Assembly: GCA_037379555.1 (NCBI GenBank)
Contig: JARRJK010000014.1
Location: 1-58,552 of the forward strand
DNA length: 58,552 bases
Reading direction: 5' to 3'
Source of the DNA: Anaerolineales bacterium
Lineage (GTDB): Bacteria > Chloroflexota > Anaerolineae > Anaerolineales > E44-bin32
The notes beneath the pieces are model-generated. The model did not search any database. It saw nothing but the letters and a program-made list of their open reading frames with translations, and was not told the DNA's origin. Below are positions 41,734 through 51,304 of this stretch, piece after piece. Positions within the stretch are counted from its first letter, which is position 1. Every line of letters starts with the position of its first letter. The position numbers were made by a program, and so were the translations under genes.

Positions 41734-42201
41734 GATGATGCTCCTTTCCTAATTCGCATTGGGACGGAAATGATCCCTGCAGGTGATTTCTGTGCAGGGC
41801 CTGGTTCCAAGCTTGGTTGGACAAACCCGTAGAGGATTTACGTGTCAAATCGGCTGGTAGAGATCCGCCGCATCTAAATATACCACTTTTAGTCCGAATA
41901 TCTGGACGCCCAGCCCGGATTTCGACGAGAGGTGGCACTGGTACCTGTCAAGCCACGAGCTCAACCTGTAAGTGAAGTACCCTGGGAGTCCCTAGGTTGG
42001 GCTCGGGACGACAAACGAGATCGTGCCTTCCGGAGGCATCTACTACCGAGAGACTCACGTAATGCTTGCTTGCGGACCTGCGAGCAAGGCGTTCGGCACT
42101 CATCGGGGATGCGGTACGGTGCCTCTAAATGCAATCGGGACGGTACATACAGCTGTCGCCCTGCGAAGATGATGTTCTGGATCTGTGGTATGTCCGGCAG
42201 G

Positions 42202-43197
42202 TTACTTCCGCACACCGAAGGTCTTCGAACTGCCTTCCTCACTGCGGTCAGTCGCCGGCGGCGGTTCAGGCGACAGGGCCGAGATCTCCGCCCGCAGCTC
42301 GTCGGTCATCTCGATCTCGACCGCCTGAAGGCTCTGCTTCAGCTGCGCAAGCGTGCGGGCACCGAGGATCGGCGCAGTTACAGCAGGATGGCTTCCGACC
42401 CAGGCCACGGCCAGCGCTGCGGGGTGGAATCCATACCGCCCAGCCAGGGCGGTGAATTCGCCCGCTGTCCGATATACCCAATTGCCGCTGTAACGCTCCT
42501 GATACATCTCGTTCTCGACCAGGCGTCCGGCGTCCGGCCGTTCATCCGCGCCGTATTTACCGGACAGCAAGCCACCCCCCATCGGGCTGTACGGGAAAAC
42601 CCCCAGCCCCTCGGCCGCAGCCATCGGCAGCAGCTCAACCTCCGCCTGGCGCTTGATCAGGTTGTACATCGGCTGGATGCATTCGAAGCGGGACCAGTGG
42701 TGCAGGGCTGAAATGCCGAGCGCCTTCTCCACCTGCCAGGCGGCAAAATTGCTCGCGCCAAGGTACAGGATCTTGCCCTGCTGGATCAGGTCGTCCAGCG
42801 CCCGCAGCGATTCCTCCAAGGGCGTCGTGTCGTCGAAGCGGTGCAGGTAAAAAAGGTCGAGGCGGTCCGTGCCCAGCCGTCGCAGGCTGCCCTCGACCGA
42901 CAGCATCAAATGCCGGCGCGATGATCCGCCCGCGTTGACATCCTCACCGGTCGAGAAATAGGCCTTCGAGGCAATGATCACCTCATCGCGATGGTCGCGA
43001 ATGAGTTCGCCGAGTATCTCCTCCGAACGCCCGCCGACGTACACATCGGCGCAGTCGAAGAAGTTGACTCCGGCCTCCCGGCCGTAGTGGTAGACCTCAG
43101 CCGAGGTCTTCTCATCCGAATCGCCTCCGAAGGTCATCGTGCCGAGGCAGATCTCCGAAACTTTCACCCCGGTCTGGCCCAGAAACTTGTACTGCAT
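42202..43197 (-). CDS. Aldo/keto reductase
   Basis: LGQTGVKVSEICLGTMTFG, D.A.VY, SLRRLGTDRLDL, GASN, Q.MYNL, PYSPMGGGLLSGKY. Confidence 0.95.
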   Translation of the reverse strand: MQYKFLGQTGVKVSEICLGTMTFGGDSDEKTSAEVYHYGREAGVNFFDCADVYVGGRSEEILGELIRDHRDEVIIASKAYFSTGEDVNAGGSSRRHLMLSVEGSLRRLGTDRLDLFYLHRFDDTTPLEESLRALDDLIQQGKILYLGASNFAAWQVEKALGISALHHWSRFECIQPMYNLIKRQAEVELLPMAAAEGLGVFPYSPMGGGLLSGKYGADERPDAGRLVENEMYQERYSGNWVYRTAGEFTALAGRYGFHPAALAVAWVGSHPAVTAPILGARTLAQLKQSLQAVEIEMTDELRAEISALSPEPPPATDRSEEGSSKTFGVRK

Positions 43198-43372
43198 GCT
43201 CTACCTCCGGCGCTTGAGGAATGCAAATGGCTGACAGGAGAAATTATAAGCTACTTCCCTGGCTCAATCCGTCTCACCGCAAGCCAGGTACCGCAGAACC
43301 CTTTGAGACGGACCTGCTTCTCGATATGATGTAAACAGAAGGGATCTTCCCTGACGGATTGCGTGTACGACA

Positions 43373-43951
43373 ATGGAAGCTAAAGCGAAACGGCCAATCA
43401 AGCGCCGCACGATCATCATCGGTTTGGTCCTCACGATCCTGCTGGCCGGCCTGGCGTTCACCGCCGGCCGCGCGCTGGATTACTGGCAGGTGGTCGATTG
43501 CTACTTGAGCGTGCTAGACGAGCACTTGCAGGCAACCGTTGGCGTCCGCTAGTTCATCGATCTCTTCTGGCAGCACAACTACGAGCTCTGCATGCTCATC
43601 GTCGACCACCCGCAGGTCATGGATAACGGGCGCACGATCATCCTGGAGTTCGAATCCGGCCTGCACGCGCTGGTTGAGGGACACGGCGACGAGGTGTACC
43701 TGACCGCCGGGATGATCGATCGCGTACAGGCGTTTCTCGATCTGCTGGTGGCTGTAGGCAGCCCGGAACTGGGTGCCGCCATCCAGGCTGAGCGCGCCCG
43801 GACGCCGCTCGACCAGTTCAAGGGCATGACTTTCGAACAGGCGCGCCTGCTTGTCGTGGGTCCTCCCGAGGAAGGGCCGATCCCCACGCCCATCGATTGG
43901 GCCTTCCCGCGCGATCCGAATCCAACCCCCTACAGCACGGGTACGCCCTAG
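43373..43951 (+). pseudogene. Secreted/membrane hypothetical protein interrupted by one in-frame TAG (43550-43552)
   Basis: MEAKAKRPIKRRTIIIGLVLTILLAGLAF is in the same frame as the 43592 ORF; sequence reads ...GVR*FIDLFWQH... Confidence 0.6.
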
Positions 43952-44117
43952 ACCTCAGCCGGCGGGATTCACGAAGACACATTGCACTGGCAGGAGCGCC
44001 GCAGCTGAGCGAGCCGCCAGCCACCCTTCTGGATTCTCCTCCGTGTGGGTCAACAGAAAAATCCCCGGCGCCCCGGGCCGGTTTCGCTGCATCACGCTTA
44101 CAGGGTGAAGGGGGATG

Positions 44118-45221
44118 CTACTCGCCGGATCCCTTCTTCAATCCCAGCGAGCGGCGGAACGCATCCAACAGCTGGCGGCGCCCACGCCGGAGGTCGAATG
44201 AGCGCATGCGCCATGTTCCGACGATTCCATAGGGGAAGAACAGCACGATCAAAATATAGATGACGCCAATCAAGACCTGCGAGAGTTCGCCGAACTCACG
44301 TTGAAAGAAGAATGATAGCAGCGTGTACGAGGCGGCGCCGATGATCGCACCGCTCAGCGTCCCAATGCCGCCGATAAGCACCATCAGCAGCGCGGCGATG
44401 GTGAATTCCGATCCGGTGATGCCGGGCCGGATGATCGGCGAAAAAAGCGCATGGAAGGAGCCGGCCAGGGCTGCCGTGATGGCGGATATGGTCATCGCCG
44501 CCAGTTTAAAGTAGAAGGTATTGAACCCCAGCATTGTCGCCCGGTCCTCATTCTCACGAATCGCAATGCAGACATGCCCGGTGGGGGAATCGACGAATCG
44601 CCTGTAGAGCAGGAAGATCAGGATCATGAACGCCAGCGCGACGAAATAGAAACGCAAGCGTTCTTCGATCGGGTTGATCCAAGCGGGCGGTGTGAGCCCT
44701 TGCAGGCCGATCTCACCCCCAGCGTAATCTACCAATTCACGCGACTGGATGACAATATGGAAGACCTGGGCCAGTCCGAGCGTGACCAGGGCGAAGGTCA
44801 TGCCCTTCACTCGCGGCAGGACGACGCTGAACAGCAAGGCCATCAGGATGCCCGCCAGCACGACCAGGCCCAGCGTTGGTGGAAGACTCCATCCAAAACT
44901 CCGGATCATGATGCCCGTCAGATAGGCACCGACACCGAAGAACATCGCGTGCCCGAGGGAGAGCAAACCCGTGATGCCGAAGAGCAGGTCATAGCTTAAG
45001 GCGTAAACTGCCAGGATGAAGATCTCGATCGCAACCCCCTGATAGAACTTCGCCTGTCCGGTTTCGTTCGCCAGCAGGCTGGCCATCGGCTGCCCCGTCA
45101 TAAGGGCGAGCACGAAAGGCAATGCGGCGAGAGAAGCGGTAAGCAGCATGAGGCCGCGGTGGTTCTTCCACCACGTGCCCAACAAGGTCTGCCCTCCTTC
45201 CTTCCCGGCTGCCTGAGACAT
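44118..45221 (-). CDS. livM: Branched-chain amino acid family ABC permease (LivM-type)
   Basis: GITGLLSLGHAMFFGVGAY, AIRENEDRA, IGGIGTLSG. Confidence 0.85.
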   Translation of the reverse strand: MSQAAGKEGGQTLLGTWWKNHRGLMLLTASLAALPFVLALMTGQPMASLLANETGQAKFYQGVAIEIFILAVYALSYDLLFGITGLLSLGHAMFFGVGAYLTGIMIRSFGWSLPPTLGLVVLAGILMALLFSVVLPRVKGMTFALVTLGLAQVFHIVIQSRELVDYAGGEIGLQGLTPPAWINPIEERLRFYFVALAFMILIFLLYRRFVDSPTGHVCIAIRENEDRATMLGFNTFYFKLAAMTISAITAALAGSFHALFSPIIRPGITGSEFTIAALLMVLIGGIGTLSGAIIGAASYTLLSFFFQREFGELSQVLIGVIYILIVLFFPYGIVGTWRMRSFDLRRGRRQLLDAFRRSLGLKKGSGE

Positions 45222-45224
45222 CGG

Positions 45225-46811
45225 CTACTCTCTCCTTCCGAGCAGCCCGTTGGGCATGATCAGCAGGATGACGACCATCAGCAGCACGGTCGTTGCAGGT
45301 ACGAGCGGCGGTGTGGGTTTGAACGGTTCTTCGAGGAATGGGATATTGATCCCCAACTGTCCGTATTTAATGATGAACTGCTGCAGCAGACCGACGATCA
45401 GCGAACCGAGAGCTGCACCGGGGTAGCTCGTCAGGCCGCCGATCGCCAGGGCGATCAAGACGTTCAGCAGCAAGCTGATCCCGAGTTTCGTCGTCAGTCC
45501 TGTCGAGGGGGCGCCGATCAACCCGCCGAAGGAGGCCAACCCTACACCCAGCGCAAAAACCAGCGTGAAGACGCGCCGCACGTTGATCCCCAGCGCCTCG
45601 ACCATCTCGCTGTCCTGGACGCCGGCGCGGACGATCATTCCGAGCTTGGTTCGCTGCAGCAGCAACCACACCGTGATCAAGACGATGATGCCAAGCAGCG
45701 GGATGAAGATCTCGTTGTATGTCCGGACACGCCCGCCCAGGATGCTCACGGTTGAACACTGATAGCGGATGAGATCCGCCAGGCTCGTCGCCGGGCAGCC
45801 CTCACCGGTACCGTCGAAGATCGAGGGGCGCGGCATGGTGAACTCCTGCAGCCCCCAGATCGCACGCACCAGCTCGACGCCAATCGCGCTCAATCCCAAC
45901 GTCAGCATGATCTGATAGATTGTCCGCTCATACAGCGGCCGGATGAGCGTGATCTCCATCACCGAACCCAGCGCGATGCCCACAAACAACGTCACAAAGC
46001 CTGCAATGACGAAGAGCCAGGTTCGATTGAGTCCGAAGATGACCTCCGTGATCGGATTGTTGTAGATGAAAACCAGCAACCCCCCCGCTAAAAGTCCGAG
46101 ACCGAGCGCCAATGCGCCGGCGGGCGGCCTCTTCCCCCGCCCTCCCTCACCCCCGGTCCCGGGATCGTTTCGGGCGTTGAAGAGCGCGATCCCCAGACCA
46201 ATGGCCAAGCCCCCGAGAATGATGCCTCCGATGACTATCAGCGGCGAGACCCTCGGTCCGAAGCCCACCGGACTGGGAAGCGCCAGGATCCCCTGGCCCG
46301 CTTCAAACGAATTCGTCACCGGGCTGTTCGCGTACACGCCGGGATCCCATTTTGTGACCGGATAATGCGCGAGCGCCAGCCCCAGCATGACCCCACCAGC
46401 AAGAAGCCACAACCAGGGTCCAAATCGAAGTGCCGCCGCGCCGGCTTTAACCGACCGGGTGAGATGCCTCCAGAGGGGAATCAAAACAATCCCGCAGCCA
46501 ACTAACAGGACCGGAGGAACGAGGTCAATGAACGTATCTGGCCGCACCACGACCGTCCAGCCGACGTACGCACCGATCATGAAGAACGTCCCATGTGCCA
46601 TATTGAGGACGTCCATCAATCCAAAGATCAGAGAGAATCCCGACGCGACGAGGAACGTGATCGCTCCGACGGAAAGGCCGCGCAGCAGCGTAATGACCCA
46701 ATCCTTCGTTTCCATGCCGCGAATCGCTGCCAGAAAGAGCAGCAGCATGGCGAGGATCGTGATCCAGAGCGTCCGGTTGCGGCGCCACCTGCGTTGGAAT
46801 TGGCTCATCAT
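45225..46811 (-). CDS. livH: Branched-chain amino acid family ABC permease (LivH-type) with large membrane insertion
   Basis: GFSLIFGLMDVLNMAHG, TKLGMIVRAG..D, IGGLTS; 528 aa. Confidence 0.85.
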   Translation of the reverse strand: MMSQFQRRWRRNRTLWITILAMLLLFLAAIRGMETKDWVITLLRGLSVGAITFLVASGFSLIFGLMDVLNMAHGTFFMIGAYVGWTVVVRPDTFIDLVPPVLLVGCGIVLIPLWRHLTRSVKAGAAALRFGPWLWLLAGGVMLGLALAHYPVTKWDPGVYANSPVTNSFEAGQGILALPSPVGFGPRVSPLIVIGGIILGGLAIGLGIALFNARNDPGTGGEGGRGKRPPAGALALGLGLLAGGLLVFIYNNPITEVIFGLNRTWLFVIAGFVTLFVGIALGSVMEITLIRPLYERTIYQIMLTLGLSAIGVELVRAIWGLQEFTMPRPSIFDGTGEGCPATSLADLIRYQCSTVSILGGRVRTYNEIFIPLLGIIVLITVWLLLQRTKLGMIVRAGVQDSEMVEALGINVRRVFTLVFALGVGLASFGGLIGAPSTGLTTKLGISLLLNVLIALAIGGLTSYPGAALGSLIVGLLQQFIIKYGQLGINIPFLEEPFKPTPPLVPATTVLLMVVILLIMPNGLLGRRE

Positions 46812-46875
46812 CCCCTCCCCGAACCGGGGTTATACGTGAGCCGATAGCGTACAACGGCACGGTTCGTCCTGGATC

Positions 46876-47580
46876 TCACGCCGCCTCCAGATATCGCCGG
46901 ATCGTCTCCTGATCATGAACCAGATCTTCCATCCGGCCGGCTTTCACCGATCGCCCTTCTTCGATGATCACATACTCTTCGGCAAGATGGGATGCCACGA
47001 CGAAGTTCTGCTCCACCAGCAAGATCGTCGTCTGCGCAGAAAGCTGCATGATCGCCTCGATCAACTGCTCGATCAGGATGGGCGCCAGCCCCTCCGTGGG
47101 TTCATCGATCAACAACAACCGGTTATCAGGGACCAGCGCCCGTGCGATGGCGAGCATTTGCTGCTGACCCCCTGAGAGCTGATTGCCCCGCAGCCGCAGG
47201 AAGCGTTTCAGATCGGGGAACAACTCGAAGATGAAATCATCCTTCCGGTCGAGATCTCCCTTGGCGCGTTCGGCGAGCTTCAGGTTTTCTTCCACGCTGA
47301 GATCTCTGAAAATTGCCCGATGCTCGGGCACATAGCCGATGCCCATCGCGGCGATGTCGAAGCTGCGCCGTCCCTGAATTTCCTCTCCGTTGAACACCAC
47401 CCGGCCTTTGCGCGGTGGTGTCAAGCCGAGGATCGACTTGAGTGTCGTCGTTTTACCAGCGCCGTTTCTTCCAAGCAGCGCCACCCGGCTGCCCGGTGGC
47501 ACATCGAGCGACACACCCTGCAGGATGTGAAACTGGCCGATGAAAGTGTGGATATCGTGAACCGCCAGCAGTCGATCCAT
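46876..47580 (-). CDS. livF: ABC ATP-binding protein (LivF-type)
   Basis: GRNGAGKTT, LSGGQQQML, DEPTEGLAP, VEQN. Confidence 0.9.
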   Translation of the reverse strand: MDRLLAVHDIHTFIGQFHILQGVSLDVPPGSRVALLGRNGAGKTTTLKSILGLTPPRKGRVVFNGEEIQGRRSFDIAAMGIGYVPEHRAIFRDLSVEENLKLAERAKGDLDRKDDFIFELFPDLKRFLRLRGNQLSGGQQQMLAIARALVPDNRLLLIDEPTEGLAPILIEQLIEAIMQLSAQTTILLVEQNFVVASHLAEEYVIIEEGRSVKAGRMEDLVHDQETIRRYLEAA

Positions 47581-47646
47581 CAAGTCACTCCCCGGCCAGC
47601 GCTGGTTCGAGAGGATCCGGAATGGTCACGCGGCAACGAAGCAGGT

Positions 47647-48465
47647 TCATGGGCTGCCTTTCAATTCCTGGTACAGGCCGCCCAGATAGGCGTTGCGCAC
47701 GTTTTCGTTTGCGGCGATTTCGGCCGGCGTGCCCTCCGCCAGGACTCGTCCCTGGTGAAAGACCGTGATGAAATCGGAAATGCTCATCACGACGCTCATG
47801 TTGTGCTCGACCAGCAGGATCGTCTTGTTGCCCTCCAGATGGACGCTGCGGATTAATTCGATCAACTCGGGCACCTGCTCGGCAGCCATGCCCGCCGTTG
47901 GCTCATCGAGCAGCAGCACCTCAGGATCTGCCGCCAGGATGATCGCAAGCTCCAGCTTCCGCTGGCCGCCATGGGGGAGCATCCGGGCCGCAAGCAGGGC
48001 TTCCTTCTGCAGGCCGACGCGCGCGATCACCTGCTGCGCACGCTGTTCGTCATCCGGAAAATGGCCGACGTGGCTTAAGAAGTGGAAATTATGCGATCCG
48101 AGCGCCTGGCATGCCAGGCGGACATTTTCCAGCACGGATAAATTGGGGAAGATGTTTGTGATCTGGAAGGACCGTCCCATGCCGAGATGTGCGCTCCTAT
48201 GGAGCGGCAGGTGCGTGATTTCGCGCCCGTAGTAGTACACTCGCCCACCGGTTGGCTCAAGGTTGCCGCTGAGCAGGTTGAAAAAAGTCGTCTTGCCAGC
48301 TCCGTTTGGCCCGATGATGGAATGGATTGTGTTCGCCTGCACGTGCAGGCTCACATCCGCCACAGCCACCAGGCCGCCGAACTCCTTCCGCAGGTCCACC
48401 GTCTCGATGGCCCACTCACCTGCGGGCATTTCAACCCGGGCAACCGGGCCGGGCTTGCGCTCCAT
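47647..48465 (-). CDS. livG: ABC ATP-binding protein (LivG-type)
   Basis: FGGLVAV, GPNGAGKTT, RSFQI, DEPTAGM, VEHNM, AYLG. Confidence 0.9.
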   Translation of the reverse strand: MERKPGPVARVEMPAGEWAIETVDLRKEFGGLVAVADVSLHVQANTIHSIIGPNGAGKTTFFNLLSGNLEPTGGRVYYYGREITHLPLHRSAHLGMGRSFQITNIFPNLSVLENVRLACQALGSHNFHFLSHVGHFPDDEQRAQQVIARVGLQKEALLAARMLPHGGQRKLELAIILAADPEVLLLDEPTAGMAAEQVPELIELIRSVHLEGNKTILLVEHNMSVVMSISDFITVFHQGRVLAEGTPAEIAANENVRNAYLGGLYQELKGSP

Positions 48466-48639
48466 GCTCACCTCACGCTGGCTCAACCGGCGACATTCTG
48501 GGCTCCATCCATCTCGTGAATTGATTGACCAGAACGAACGTGTCGTTATTCCGCAATCTTCGATCTGAGTGGATTATTCCGAGAATCAAGCAGGACAGCA
48601 AGTGCAGACGCCCGCCTCGCTGACCGGTCGGTTTGTCCC

Positions 48640-48682
48640 AACAAATCCGGGAGGTCGAGATCGAGAGATCCCGACCTCCCGG
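48640..48682 (-). terminator. Long stem-loop after the binding-protein gene (partial terminator or mRNA stabiliser)
   Basis: CCGGGAGGTCG...CGACCTCCCGG stem followed by ATTTGTT on the minus strand. Confidence 0.65.
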
Positions 48683-48696
48683 GTAAACATCTCTTG

Positions 48697-50088
48697 CTAC
48701 TCGCCCATCAGGCTGCCATAGGGCAGCATTCCACAGCGGTCTTTGAGCTCCTCCGGCAACAGGCACGGAGGTTCTGGACGAGTGGTGGTGATGTACTCGA
48801 AGAACTTGGCATCCGGATCATCAACGTTGAGCAGTTTCATCACGTACATGTCCTGGATGGCAACGTGGTCTTCAGGGCGAACGTAAACCGTGCCCTTGGG
48901 TCCTTCGAAGCTCATGCCTTCCATGACGTCGATCATCGCATCAGCGCTGGTATCGCCGCCGGTTGCCTTGATCGCTTCGACCAGCAGGACGGCGGCGTTA
49001 AACCCATCCGCATCGAAGAGATCAGGATAGACACCGTAGCGAGCCTTGTCCTCCGCGATCAGCCAATCGTTGATCGGATTGTTGGGCGCGGTGTAGTGAT
49101 ACAGCGTGGATCCGGTCGCACCGATGGAGTTGCCGAAGAAAGCCGGCAGGGCCACGTTGTCGACGAACGACGAGGCCATGTCCATCTCATCCGTGACGCC
49201 CAGGTCGACAGCCGCCTGCATGATGGCGATAAAGCCGCCGCCAGCCCAGGTCGGGATCCAGGCCTGCGCACCCGAATCGAGAACCTGCTCCATGTACGGG
49301 GTGAAGTCGGTCGTGTCGAACGGTGCGAAGATGTCATCGACGGGGAACGTCCCGCCGTTCACGATGCAGGAATCACGATAGGCAGCTGCCCCGCCCCAGC
49401 CGAAGCTGTAGTCAGGAGCGATCTGCACAAAAGTGTCGTACTCTTTCGTGATGTACTCGCAGAGCGCCATCGCATCCTGATAGTTTTCGCGGCTTGTGCG
49501 GAACGTGTACTCATTGAAGTTGACGCCCGTGATGTCATTCGCCGCCGCGGGTGCGACGATCAAGATGATCTGGTTCTCAGCGGCGATCTCCTGCAGCGTG
49601 GCCGTGTTGCCCGAGCTCACCGTGCCGACCAGCACATCAACGCCGTCCACCTCGACGAACTCACGCGCGATGGATGTCGTCAGGTCGGGGTTGGTCTGAT
49701 CATCACCGAGCAAGACCTCAATTTCGCAGTTGTCGAGCATAAAGGTGTTGCTGCCGTCCTCGGCGGTGAAGACATCGCCGACACTGCCGGGCGCGCCAGT
49801 CGCGTATTCCATGCCGAGCATGAAACTGCGGATGATGTGCGCGCCGTAGATGGCGAGCGCACCGGTGGCATCGGTGATCAAGCCGACCTTGATCGGTTCA
49901 TCGCAGGTCAGCCCCATCGGAGCTTCTTCCATCGGCTCTTCCGTCGCCGTGGGTTCCACCATTGGAGCTTCGGTGGGCTCCTCGACCATGGGTTCTTCGG
50001 TTGGCTCCGGCGTTGCCGCCGGCCCACAAGCGCCGAGGACCATCGTGGCGATCAGCAAGAATGTAATGATTCGGAGCGTGGCTTTCAT
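48697..50088 (-). CDS. ABC substrate-binding lipoprotein (Liv/Peripla_BP_6 family)
   Basis: Lipobox LGAC, PTEEP linker, IKVGLITDATGALA, DYSFG, GPKG..RPEDH. Confidence 0.9.
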   Translation of the reverse strand: MKATLRIITFLLIATMVLGACGPAATPEPTEEPMVEEPTEAPMVEPTATEEPMEEAPMGLTCDEPIKVGLITDATGALAIYGAHIIRSFMLGMEYATGAPGSVGDVFTAEDGSNTFMLDNCEIEVLLGDDQTNPDLTTSIAREFVEVDGVDVLVGTVSSGNTATLQEIAAENQIILIVAPAAANDITGVNFNEYTFRTSRENYQDAMALCEYITKEYDTFVQIAPDYSFGWGGAAAYRDSCIVNGGTFPVDDIFAPFDTTDFTPYMEQVLDSGAQAWIPTWAGGGFIAIMQAAVDLGVTDEMDMASSFVDNVALPAFFGNSIGATGSTLYHYTAPNNPINDWLIAEDKARYGVYPDLFDADGFNAAVLLVEAIKATGGDTSADAMIDVMEGMSFEGPKGTVYVRPEDHVAIQDMYVMKLLNVDDPDAKFFEYITTTRPEPPCLLPEELKDRCGMLPYGSLMGE

Positions 50089-50190
50089 CGATTCCCTCCT
50101 CCTACGAACGCGATTGGTTGGGTGGTACGGCTTACGTGTTGAGCTTCGTTCTCGACAGCGAACGTCACCTCCTTCAAAGGATCTCGAAAG

Positions 50191-51252
50191 CTATCCTCCT
50201 GCGATGTGCGTGTGAAACGCCTGGTTGAACGCCTCGGGCTTTTCCAGGAAAGGAACGTGACCACTCTCCTCGATCACGATCTCCTGATACGTGCCGCCGG
50301 CAGCGGCGTAGCGCTCCAGAAATGCCCGGATCTGTTTGATCATCGGTTGCGGCGGATAGGCTTCTTCACCCGGCCAACCGGGCAGCATGCCCAGCCGGCC
50401 GAGGTAACCAGGATCAGAAGCTGCCGTATCCGAAACGGCCATATCGTCGCTGCCTCGAATCCAGAGAATGGATGGCTTGGGATCGGTCCCCAGGATCTGC
50501 TCGACGTCCATCTGGTACTTGGGCGAGGTGGCGTTCGACGCCCCCCACACTCCCGGAGCCATGTGCGGCCAGTTCGGTGACTGCACCGAATCGCCAGGCA
50601 CGTCCTTCTCGCCGATATGCGTGGTGACCATCGCCTGGACGAGTTCGTCCTCGCGTGCGGGGATGAAGGGCGGCTTGACGAGTAGCGTCCGCAGCGCGCT
50701 GCGGGGCGAGAAGGGGCTCTCGGTGCTCAGGTCTCCCTCTTCGAGCCGTTTGATCAGCTCCGGATTGGACAGCCCGCCACCCGATCCGGCAAAGTCAGGC
50801 GTGGTGGCCGTTCCCTGCTCATCGCGCGTTGCCCCAAATCCATAGGGCGAACCCGGATCCGCCATGGTGACCGTCAGCAGCCTTTCCGGGCAGGTGCCGA
50901 GCATATGCCAGATCACCATGCCACCGAGCGAGTTACCTGCCACGTGGAAACGATCGAATCCCAGGTGGTCCATGAGCGCGACCGCGTCATCGGCCAGGTC
51001 ACCCATCCCCCGGCGGGCGTCGATCTTCTGCGCCGGATCGGACTCGCCAAATCCGCGTTGATCTGGCGCGATACCCTGCATTCCCTCCGGTAGGGCAATC
51101 ATGGTCTCTTCCCACCACGTCGCCGTCGAGATGTTTCCGTGCAGGAAAAGAATGGGGGTTCCGATTTCAGGTCCTGAAAAGAGGACACGGGTCTTGATCC
51201 GATCCGTTTCAACCGTCTCCGCCCGGATACCGGGCATCGTGTCAACACTCAT
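50191..51252 (-). CDS. Alpha/beta hydrolase
   Basis: LFLHGN, DQRGFG, nucleophile elbow GNSLGG, GHVPFLEKP. Confidence 0.9.
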   Translation of the reverse strand: MSVDTMPGIRAETVETDRIKTRVLFSGPEIGTPILFLHGNISTATWWEETMIALPEGMQGIAPDQRGFGESDPAQKIDARRGMGDLADDAVALMDHLGFDRFHVAGNSLGGMVIWHMLGTCPERLLTVTMADPGSPYGFGATRDEQGTATTPDFAGSGGGLSNPELIKRLEEGDLSTESPFSPRSALRTLLVKPPFIPAREDELVQAMVTTHIGEKDVPGDSVQSPNWPHMAPGVWGASNATSPKYQMDVEQILGTDPKPSILWIRGSDDMAVSDTAASDPGYLGRLGMLPGWPGEEAYPPQPMIKQIRAFLERYAAAGGTYQEIVIEESGHVPFLEKPEAFNQAFHTHIAGG

Positions 51253-51304
51253 GCGCTTCCCTCACTTCCCGAGCCTGCCTTCAGCAGGCTGTCCGGTTTG
51301 CGAT

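Noticed and set aside
49915-50020. PTEEP/PTEAP repeats (and the PT-rich tract at about 17150-17260)
   Set aside because: Typical flexible lipoprotein tethers, not a separate element.
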